In this document: positions 1 to 9,227 of the stretch, piece after piece
How positions within the stretch are numbered: the stretch's first letter is position 1
Layout of the letters: each line of letters opens with the position of its first letter
Origin: Phaeosaccion multiseriatum
Lineage: Eukaryota > Protista > Ochrophyta, other classes
Assembly (NCBI GenBank): GCA_965112735.1
Contig: OZ218952.1
Coordinates: forward strand, 3,224,001 to 3,288,000
Length of the DNA stretch: 64,000 bases
Direction: 5' to 3'
The notes under the pieces: model-generated
Seen by the model: the letters and a program-made list of their open reading frames with translations, nothing else
Told to the model about the DNA's origin: nothing
Database searches by the model: none
Translations under genes and position numbers: made by a program

Positions 1-1086
1 TTGGCCGGCCTTGGCGCATGCGTCAATGGTGGAGGTGTAGCTGATTTCGTTGGGAGAGAGTCCTTCTGCCTTCATCTCCCTCAGTAAATGCAATGCCTCC
101 ACGTGTTGGCTGGCCTTGGCGCATGCGTTAATGGTGGAGTTGTAGCTGATTTCATTGGGAGTGAGTCCCTCCGCCTTCATCTCCCTCAGCAAAACCAATG
201 CCTCCACGTGCTGGCTGGCCTTGGCGCATGCGTTAATGGTGGAGCTGTAGCTGATTACGTCTGGAGTGAGTCCTTCCGTCTTCATCTCCCTCAGCAAAAC
301 CAATGCCTCCACGTGCTGGCTGGCCCTGGCGCATGCGTTAATGGTGGAGTTGTAGCTGATTTCATTGGGAGTGAGTCCCTCCGCCTTCATCTCCCTCAGT
401 AAACTCATTGCCTCCAAGTGTTGGTTGGCTCTGGCGCATGCATTAATGGTGGCACTGTAGCTGATTTCATTCGGAGCGAGTCCTTCTGCCTTCATCTCCC
501 TCAGTAAACTCATTGCCTCCACATGCTGGCCAGCCCTGGCGCATGCATTAATGGCGGCGCTGTAGCTGATTTCATTCGGAGCGAGTCCTTCTGCTTTCAT
601 TTCCCTCAGTAAACCCATTGCCTCCACGTCTTGGCCAGCCCTGGCGCATGCATTAATGGTGGCACTGTAGCTGATAACGTTTGGCATGAAGCCTTCCTTC
701 TTCATCTCTGCCAGAAGTGCCAAAGCGCCCTTCCACCTCCCGCACTTCCCAATCGCGGTAATCGCAGCACTCAAACAGTACTGGTTGGGCTTGAGGCCCT
801 CTCGCCGAGCGCGCTCCAGAGTAGATGCCACCCTCCTCCAATCCTTTCTCGTTCCCAGGTCTTGGATCTCCCTCATAAGCCGTATCTGTCTCGACTTGTT
901 GCTTCCCCCAGTAGAGTAGCAGGACCATTGCTGCGGCAGCTGCTTCTGCTGATGGAGAGTAGAGTCGGCTCGCCGTTCAGCAGCGGTGCCTCCTTCTGCT
1001 GCGGGTCCTCTCCTATTCCCGGCAATGCAGGAGGAACAGCAGGTTCTGACCACCCCCCTCAACGACATCACTTTCATCATCAGCAT
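1..1086 (-). CDS. P-class pentatricopeptide repeat (PPR) protein, 3'-partial, probably organelle-targeted
   Basis: Open frame from ATG at 1086 (context aaaATG) to the window edge; absent from the ORF track because no stop is seen. N-terminus MLMMKVMSLRGVVRTCCSS... is followed by at least 8 tandem 35-aa motifs such as EISYNSTINACAKASQHVEALHLLREMKAEGLSPN (105-bp period). No introns in the visible part. Confidence 0.93.
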   Translation of the reverse strand, partial: MLMMKVMSLRGVVRTCCSSCIAGNRRGPAAEGGTAAERRADSTLHQQKQLPQQWSCYSTGGSNKSRQIRLMREIQDLGTRKDWRRVASTLERARREGLKPNQYCLSAAITAIGKCGRWKGALALLAEMKKEGFMPNVISYSATINACARAGQDVEAMGLLREMKAEGLAPNEISYSAAINACARAGQHVEAMSLLREMKAEGLAPNEISYSATINACARANQHLEAMSLLREMKAEGLTPNEISYNSTINACARASQHVEALVLLREMKTEGLTPDVISYSSTINACAKASQHVEALVLLREMKAEGLTPNEISYNSTINACAKASQHVEALHLLREMKAEGLSPNEISYTSTIDACAKAGQ

Positions 1087-1466
1087 TTTATCCGGGATGG
1101 GGGGCACCCTCTTATTCTCTTAGTGCAGGGGGGAGAGGGAAGGGGAGATGGGATGTAAAAGGGAAGGAAATAATAAGTGGGAGATGGGAAAAAAGGAAAA
1201 AAGAAAAAAGCAATCCCACCGCCAGCTGTGAGTTTGGATGGAGGATCAACACGTGAGCAATTCCCCCCCAGTTTTCCAACTCATTGACTACTTCCCGGCT
1301 GTTCTCGAGCTGCCACCACGACGCACCGCCAGGAGAGCATATTGTTCTCCACTTCCTCCCCTGCGCTGGCTGCCGGTAGGCTTGTAGCGCAAAACTCAGG
1401 CACATTGCAATCTCGAATCGGACATTCACCCGACAGAAGAGGGGGAGGAAGGACCTCCTTGTCACG

Positions 1467-2234
1467 ATGGGGAACAATGGGAGCATGCAGGAGCGGCTGT
1501 ATCTGCTTCTCCCGGTAATCATGTTCTCCAAGAATGTGGACTGGTCTGAGCCGGCAGTGCTACGGACCATTCGGACGGCGTATGCGGTAGAGCAGGTGGT
1601 CATCCTCTGGCTTGGAGTGTACTTCTTGTGGCGGATAAACAAGTCGAGGGAGGGGGGGGGTGAAGGGCGTGCCGATGGGGCTGATACGCGGGTGATTTTT
1701 GTCCCCGCGACCGATGCTCTGAGCAGCTTCAAGCCGCCCCCACCCGAGGAGTCCCGTGTGTACAGGCCCACGACGTACTTCGAGCACGAGATGCAGGAGG
1801 CGCTGTCCAACCTGCGCAGCACCTTCATTGCGGCCGTCATCTCCCTGACCGTGCACGTGCTGTTCAAGTTCAACCCCGTGCTGCTGATCCAGGTGTTCCT
1901 CACCCCTTACAACCTGGCCGACGCCCCTCTCATGAGGAAGTACATCTTCGGGCTTAGGGAAGGCGTGCGAGTGTGGGGAGAAATGTTCAGCGGAGAAATC
2001 TCCCCTGATCGAATAGTGGCGGTGGTGGCGGCGGCGGGGGAGGGGGGAGGGGTAGGGGAAGGCGAAGGCGGGGGCGGGGGCGGGGCGCCCGTATCACCAT
2101 CTGCTGCTGCGGCGGATAATGCGGATACTGCGGGAGCGTTGGAGCCTTCAGTAGAGAATGCAATGCTCGACGCGTGGGACGATGCCTCCGCCAAGAGACT
2201 GCGGGATATGGTGGACGTGTTGGAGGCATATGGG

Positions 2235-2271
<37 letters not shown>

Positions 2272-2633
2272 CCGAGGCCACTGCCAACGCCCACGCCAAT
2301 GCCCACGCACGGGCCAATGGGTGGACGCCCATCATGATAGCGAGTGCCCTTTCCAGCAAGGACGACGGAGAGGCAGTGGTCCGCTTGCTGCGGTTGGGAG
2401 CCAGCCCCGTGGCGAGCGACGAGGGCGGGTGGACGGCGCTGCACTGGGCAGCGCAGCATGACGGAGTGGCAGCCATTGATGCCATCGCAGCGTACGAGCA
2501 GGGGCGGGGAGGAGGAGAGGCAGAGCTGGCCAAGGCGTTGGCGCTGAAGGACTTTGAAGGGCGGACTCCTCTCGAGCTCGCAGAGGGGGCGGGCAGCGCA
2601 GCGGCGGCAGCGAGGTTAAGAGAGAGGCAATGA
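1467..2633 (+). CDS. PHO88/SND3-family ER membrane protein fused to C-terminal ankyrin repeats (388 aa, intronless)
   Basis: N-terminal half has PHO88-like segments (VDWSEPAVLRTIRTAY, TTYFEHEMQEA, LLIQVFLTPYNLADAPLMRKYIFG). C-terminal half has ankyrin motifs NGWTPIMIAS, GGWTALHWAAQHD and EGRTPLELA. Confidence 0.82.
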
Positions 2634-3017
2634 CGTAATACCACGCACCATGTAGACGTCGTCGTCAGTTGTTTGCGAAGGCAACCCATATGCCCGTGCG
2701 TTCTGGTGGATGGGCAGCTGTAATGTTCACTCTTTCTACCGTTGTGGCATTTGTTTTTGGAAACCTTATGTTACACTCTTTTCGCGCACGACTGCTGTGG
2801 GGCCTGGTCTTGACCCCTTACACTCGCTGGGAGAGTGGCCACTGTGCGAAGAGTCAGGGACAGCAACAACAAGCGGATCTTGTGGACGCTGAAGAGATGG
2901 CACCTTATGGCAGCCTCCACAGAAGGCTTTGTCCCTTCCTTGACTGCTCGCAGCAAGGCCACCCCCCTGGGAGGGGATCCCCCATTTGTGAAGGTTGTTT
3001 CTTCTCCGCGGTTGAAT

Positions 3018-3090
3018 GGCCCCTTGAAGCCGATTTGAGCAAAGCCTGAATTCATTCATTCAGGGTTGGCTCAAATCGGTTTTGGGGGCC
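3018..3090. repeat. Short imperfect inverted repeat (hairpin) adjacent to the MITE
   Basis: ggcccc..aagccgatttgagc..cctgaat / attcagg..gctcaaatcggttt..ggggcc. It is preceded by cgcggttga, a word also present in the MITE TIR. Confidence 0.65.
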
Positions 3091-3118
3091 CTTCACTTCG
3101 AACTAAAAAAAAACCTCG

Positions 3119-3398
3119 CTACTGCGCTTTCGCGGTTGAGAGAGACTTGAGCCCCGAATGAACAGACATATGAGCCCTAGTTTGAGCCAGCTTTGAGCCA
3201 CCATTGACCCAAGTTGAGTCACCTTTGAGCCAACTTTGAACCACTCTTGAGCCGCCTTAAGTTGGTTCAAAGGTGGTTCAAAGCTGCCTCAAAGCTGGTC
3301 TAAAGTGGTTCAAACCGGTGTCGAATCAGGCTCACACTCCCTGTTCAGATTGGGCTTATAAAAGCCTCAAGTCTCACTCAACCGCGAAAGCGCAGTAG
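3119..3398. mobile_element. MITE-like element (~280 bp), 33-bp terminal inverted repeats, probable TA target-site duplication (Tc1/mariner type)
   Basis: Left arm ctactgcgctttcgcggttgagagagacttgag (3119-3151) and right arm ctcaagtctcactcaaccgcgaaagcgcagtag (3366-3398) are reverse complements with 1 mismatch. The interior is a series of ~11-bp TTTGAGCCA-like units that invert orientation near 3258. No coding capacity. Confidence 0.8.
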
Positions 3399-3487
3399 TT
3401 TCTTGCTCTCTCTCATCAAGCCCTACGTAACACCCAATATACTTACACACACTACACAGATGGAAGATCCGAGCCATATCACAGGTG

Positions 3488-4557
3488 CTATCTCTTGCCG
3501 ATCCACCCCTGTGCCACCAACATGCCTAGACGAGCCGCCCCCAGCCCGCCCCCGTTGTTCAACATGAGGTATCCGAAGGCAGTGCCTGTCCTGCCGCTGT
3601 TCAGCAAGTTGACCATGTCCACAGAGCTGCGGACAGGCAGACGGACGGAGACAGACAGAAAGAGAAGGAGAGAGAGGGGGGGGGCCTGAGGGGCAGGTGC
3701 CTCTAATGACCTGAGCTGAGTTGAGCAGACAGCAGCAGCCTGGGGCGCGGGGCGAACTGATGAGCTGATTCGAACACCTAAACAAAGGGGGCAAGAGCAA
3801 TAACTAGTAGCTACCATCCCTCAGGCAGCACCACGGGGCCCGGCCAAGAGCACAACAGAGGGGTGATGGCCTTGGCCTAGACATCACTATGCACCTCCTT
3901 CTTCGCCCCCCTCCCACACCAATGACTAGCTGCCTCGCTGCTGCCTCGCTGCTGCATCGCTGCTGCCTCGCTTACAATGTGGAGAAGGTGGTGAATCCCC
4001 CACACAGTCTGCAGTGAGTGAGAAGGGATGCGAGAGCGAGTGCAGGGCAGGCCAAGAACGAGGAGGGAGGGAGGGAGAGGGAGATTAGGGTAGGGGGGAT
4101 GGCATGGTATGGCACGACACGATGGAGGATGGTGGGGCAGAGCGGGCCAAGCCAAGGCGGGGCTCGTTCGTGCACCTGCATAGCTTGCACATAGCTTGCA
4201 CACCCATGTAGCCATCGCCCTTACCCTGTTCCAAGGCACAGCTTCAGGCGGGGGTTAAGCACGGGCGCGGCTTGGCTGACCACGCCTAGGGCGAAAGAGC
4301 CCAGCACGTTAATGGCTCCGATATGCCAAGGCGCAGCGGAGGGGTACTTGGTGGCGATGGCGTGTCTCGCGCACGCCCCGGCTGCGGCGCCGAGTCCGAC
4401 GGCAGCGAGGTCTGAAGGCACGAGAGTGGGAGGTGGTGACAGCAATAGTTGGAGAGGGGAAGGAGGGGAAGAGGAGAGAAATAGAAGGAGAAGACAGCCT
4501 GGGGTAGGATATCTCCCATCCGTCCTCGCTCCTCGCACCTGGTGTGACGAAGGCCAT
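3488..4557 (-). CDS. crcB: Fluc/CrcB fluoride ion channel, single-domain, 125 aa, 4 exons
   Basis: Exons 4557-4539, 4411-4225, 4008-3976 and 3626-3488, all GT-AG, total 378 nt. Product MAFVTPDLAAVGLGAAAGACARH...INVLGSFALG...GLCGGFTTFSTFSVD...GWIGKR* carries the Fluc motifs GAxxR, NxxGSF and GGFTTFSTF. Confidence 0.9.
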
Positions 4558-4925
4558 TGGCCTTCGGTGAGGAGAAAGAAACGAGGGGGAGAGAGCTCCT
4601 TCTCCTGCTGCTGCTCCTGACGCCACCCCCGTCCCGGCTAGGAGGCAGAAGAGGAAAGACAGGAGCTCAAAGAGCATGTCGAAGAGGAGAGGAGCAAAAA
4701 AAAAGTAAGGAGCACATCCATTGCCATCCGGATCATTCTCATTGCTTCCTTTTTCTTTCTCTTTCTCCCCCCCCCCCCCCTCTCGCCCTTTTGCTGCATA
4801 CACTCTGTGCCTTCCATTAGTGGGGCTGAAGAGAGGTAAACAGTGGCTTTTCGTGGGATAAGGAGAGGAGGATGGGATTGGCTCCCACAGAAACTACCCC
4901 GTAACATCCCCTAACACTTGCTTGC

Positions 4926-4965
<40 letters not shown>
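4926..4965 (+). repeat. (CTG)n microsatellite in the divergent crcB/CDC50 promoter region
   Basis: About 13 tandem GCT units. Confidence 0.9.
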
Positions 4966-4968
<3 letters not shown>

Positions 4969-5042
4969 TCCTACTTTAAGGAGAGACCAGGGGTGTGTGT
5001 GGGTGTTTGTGTGGGCGAGGGGGCAGGAGGGATAGGGAGGCC

Positions 5043-7507
5043 ATGGAGGAGAGTACAACGGAAGATCGTCTCCCTCCGTCGGAGAACCGTAAGGCCAGGC
5101 CAATCGGTGAGTAATGAAGCAGAGATGGAGGGCAGTTGCAATTGCTCCGAGTTCCCCCCCTGCAAAGCCTCATTCGTATTCTGCATCCTCCCCTCAGACT
5201 CCAACTTCCGGCAGCAGAGCGTTAAGGCGTGGATTCCCATCCTGACTCCGCCCATCGTGGCCGCCTGGTTGGTATTGCTAGCAGCCGTCTTCTTCCCCAT
5301 CGGAGCCAGACTATTGGCCTCGAGCAAGTCGGTGAGCAGTCGGAGCACGCTATACATACTCGCACTCTCTCTTACCTCCATCCTCCTTCCGTCCTGCAGC
5401 CTCTCTCCCTGTGTGAGAGCGGGGAGACGCCCGTTTTTTGTCTCGCGTCATCCTACTGCCCTTTCTCGATCTGAAGAGAGTATAGGAGACAACGTTTGTT
5501 GGTCCCTCAACAACGGAAAGGCGGCGACATTGCCATTTGCATCTCACGACAGAGCCCTACCCCACCCCCCATCTGTCTCGTCCACACACATATTCTTCGT
5601 CGTGTCCTTGCCGTTGTCTCCCCCCCTCTCTCTCTCTCGCTCGCTCGCTCTCCCTCTTCCTCGTCAGGCTGTTACAATCCGTCAGCAGTACGATGGCAGC
5701 GGCACCCCGTCTCAGTACGACGGATGTAAGATCACCGATTTCGACCAGAGCGCCTCTTGTCAGGTGCGCGTTGAGCAAGGCCGGACGGACGGAAGGGAGG
5801 AAGAGAGGAGCGCGGACAGAAGGGAGGGAGACATGCGCGGTGGATACTGCTGTGTCACTTCCTTCGTTGTGCGCACATGTCGTCTGCTCCCACCATCTCC
5901 CTTCCCCCCTCTTTCTTTCTTCCATCGCTCTCCCCCCCCTCTCCCTTTCTTCCACCTCCCCCCCCCTCCCCCCGTCTCGACGTGTTTTTTTTTGTGTACT
6001 CTGCGAAAGGGGTGCCAATTTATCCCTTACGTATCCCGGCGTATGTATGTCCAACCCCTCCCGCCGCTCAGGTGACGTTTAACATCGACAAGGACATGAC
6101 GCCCCCCGTGTTTGTGCACTACGAGCTCGACAGCTTCTACCAAAACCACCGCAAATACGTGCGGTCGAGGAGCTCCCAGCAGCTCTTGGGCCGCACCATC
6201 GACACAGATACCGACTGCGATCCGAAGCGGTTCACAGACGAGGGCTACAAGCTCAACCCCTGTGGCCTCATCGCAAACTCGCTCTTCACAGACCGCTTCA
6301 CCGTCTCCGCCAGCACCGGGGAAGGCTTCTCCTCGGCCACCCCGGACTCTCCTTACATGTCTGAGGCGGACATTGCCTGGGATCAAGACCAGGACGAGCG
6401 CTTCGCTCAGCCCGACGCCTTCGCCTTTGCCAAGGTGGAGGACGGAGGGGACTGTGCAGAGGCCTCCAACTCCACGACCAACTGCGAGGCGTGTCTGGGC
6501 AGTGGCAAGGTGCGCCGTGCGTTTCGTTTTGTTGGTTGTGTGTGTGCGTTGTTTCAATCACTCATTCATTTCTTCATTCACTCACTCACTCACTCACTCA
6601 CTCGCTCACTCACTCACTCACTCACTCACTCACTCACTCGCTCGCTCACTCACTCACTCACTCACTCACTCACTCACTCACTCACTTTCTCCCTCCCTCT
6701 CTTACTGCTAACCCCAACCCTGCCCTCCCCTCCTCCCCCCTCCCCTCCCCTCCAGTCTCCCTGCGTGCTGTACCTTGACACTGCTGGCGACACCTTCCTG
6801 TACTATTACAAGGACGATGTGGTGGCACACGGAGGCAACATCGTGGAGGGGGACGGAGAGAGCAGCCGCCCCGCAGTGCAGTACCTGTACTCGTCCTTCC
6901 CGGACATCGTCAGCCCCCTCGAGGGAGTCGAGAATGAGCACTTCCAGGCACGTCCACAGGCCCCTTTCTTGTGTGTGTGTCTCTCTCTCTCTGTATGTTG
7001 ATCTCTCTCCCCTCTCTCGGGCGTCCATTTGATTTTCACCTCTCCCCATCTCCCTCCGTCCCCGCTCTGCCTCGCCAACCACCATCTTCCCCTCGTCCTC
7101 ACCTTCTCCCACCCCATGCTCTCTCTCTCTCTCTCCCTCTCTCTCTCTCCCTGTGGATTTCGCTTCAGGTGTGGATGCGAGCGGCGGGTCTGCCCACCTT
7201 CCGTAAGATCTACGGCCGCATCACCTCCCCGCTGCGCGCCGGTGACACCCTCACCTTCTCCGTCGACGCCTCCTACTTTGTGCAGTCCTTCAGCGGCAAG
7301 AAGTCCATCGTCCTGTCCACCGTGGGCAGATACGGAGGCAAGAACATGTTCCTGAGCGTCATGTTCCTGATTGGCGGCTCGCTCTGCCTGGTGCTGGCGG
7401 CCGCTTTCCTCGCCCTTCACGCTGTGCGCAACCGTCGGCTCGGAGACCCTCGCTTTGTCGACGCGGCGCAGTACCTGGTGGTGCCCAACGACTCCTCGCA
7501 GAGATAG
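5043..7507 (+). CDS. CDC50: CDC50/LEM3-family P4-ATPase (flippase) beta-subunit, 6 exons
   Basis: Exons 5043-5106, 5198-5331, 5668-5763, 6072-6509, 6756-6947 and 7169-7507. Motifs RPIDSNFRQQSVKAWIPILTP, YELDSFYQNHRKYVRSRS, PCGLIANSLFTDRF, NEHFQVWMRAAGLPTFRKIYG and GGKNMFL; two TM segments. Intron 5 has a GC donor. Confidence 0.93.
6578..6686 (+). repeat. (TCAC)n microsatellite in CDC50 intron 4
   Basis: Direct reading of the sequence. Confidence 0.95.
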
Positions 7508-9227
7508 AGACTGAAGGATGGAAGGATGGAAGGATGGAAGGAGGAGAGCTCGAGCAATGCCTCTCTCCCTCTCTCTCTCTCCGCGTGTCCCTCCGTCTTC
7601 CACTCTCTCTCATTCTACCTCTGTCTTGGGCTGTAGGGAGTTTCCCAGAGGGGGTCCAGAGGGGGCCGAGCGGCAGGTTCGATAAGACAGTTTTGGCAGC
7701 CTTCTCCGGCGACGGGGGGCGATGGGACGGGGACTGCTTCCCATTTTGGATGGGAAGGAGGAGTGCGAGAGAGAAGAGGGAGATCACCATGGATAGGAAG
7801 GAAGAGTGCGAGAGAGAGAGGGAGAGAGATGAAAAAAGGGAGAATGCGTGACAGAACAGGGCACGTAGTGCTTGCGCTGGCAGAAGAGAAGAGCACTATT
7901 GCACGGCCACAGGGAGACTCGGGGCATCGAAGCTCTCTTGGATACCATCGATGCTACTCAGGGTCTATCTGTGTGGCGGGCATCGCGCCTTTTGGCCTAC
8001 TTTACAACGGAGGGAGGGAGCGCAGTGGAGCGTCGCGAGTGCGTCCTTTGCTCCGAAAGTGCACAAGCCGAGGCGTGTTGCACTGACGAGCCTGCAGCCA
8101 CGAGCCGAGCCCAGAGGACAAGACCGAGAGGGCGGAGCCGAGAGGGCAGGGCGGTGTGACGGAGGGAAGGAGGCGCTGGGGCCGGCCTTTGCCCCGCTTG
8201 GATGGCAGCAGAAGGACAGTGGAAGGCAACAGGCAGGCCGCTTGGTCGTTGAGCTATATCCATTGCCATCGATGGATCGATCTATCTAGGCGGGCTCAAG
8301 GCTCAAGCTTGCATGGGGCTTCTCAAAACCTCTGACTGGCCTTGATTGATTCTTGTGCGAAGGCATCATTCCAGGGCCCTGCAGTCTGCTGCCCTCCGCT
8401 TGCCGTCCGCTACCATCTGGGTCCTTTGGCTGCAGTCGCAGGGGTGGGTCCTTTGGCTGCAATCGCAGGGGTGGTGCGTCGTCCCGTTGAGCCCCAAGAG
8501 GGAGAGAGTGTGTGTGCGTGTTTCGGCTGAGTCGGGCCAGCGGCGAAGGCGGATGGACCAACGGAGGACGACGAGCTTGGAAGGCGTCTCGTCCATGGTC
8601 GGCAAAGTCGCTCTTTCAGCTTACTGACGTCGATCAATGTCGAACACATCGATGTCGATGGATGGCAGTCCAGGCGATTTGCGATTTACCGGCAAGAGGA
8701 AGCAAGAAAGGCCCTTCGGGAGGGAGGCTTGGTTCACGCGGAAGGGGTCAGGACGCTTCGCTTGGGCCTCCGGGGGGGGCTCTGAGGGAAAGCGGAAGTA
8801 CTTACATCACGCAGCCCAGCAAACTCACTTGTCGCGCTGCTCGTCGATACGCCGGGCGCTGCTTCCACATGTTGGGTCTCCCAAAGGCTTAAAGGGCACC
8901 ACGTGTGAGGGGCAGCAAGCGCCTCTGTCAGCACCTTTGTAAAATGAATATATTTTTTTATGTTAGTTTAATTAATTTTAATTTAATTAAATAAAAAAGA
9001 AAAGTGGAGAGGATTTGGTGAAGGTACACCTTCCTGTCCCCGGTCCCCTCTATCCGCCCCCGACATTGTGCATCTTGGAATAAATACAAGTGTACAGTGT
9101 ACTAAGAAAAGGAGGAAGCAGTCGCCTTAGCAAGTAGCTCAACCTTCAGGAGAGTAGAGTAGAGCAGAAATGCCTGCCCTCCCTGCCAATCTGCCTGCCT
9201 GCCTGTCTGCCTGCCTCTCCATTCGCC

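Noticed and set aside
88-1158. Plus-strand repeat ORFs (MQCLHVLAG...)
   Set aside because: Antisense to the PPR array and interrupted by stops.
4676-4710. ATG...AA|gtaagg as CDC50 exon 1
   Set aside because: A phase-2 donor is incompatible with the acceptor at 5198. ATG 5043 gives the conserved RPxDSNFRQQ in the correct phase.
7760-8940. Protein-like ORF fragments and a 27-bp duplication (about 8419-8472) in the CDC50-GH47 spacer
   Set aside because: No recognisable domain, terminal repeats or consistent splice pattern. It could be a decayed element but I cannot support that.
8941-9003. Isolated AT-rich patch
   Set aside because: Likely a 3'-end/termination region downstream of GH47. No specific structure to support a call.
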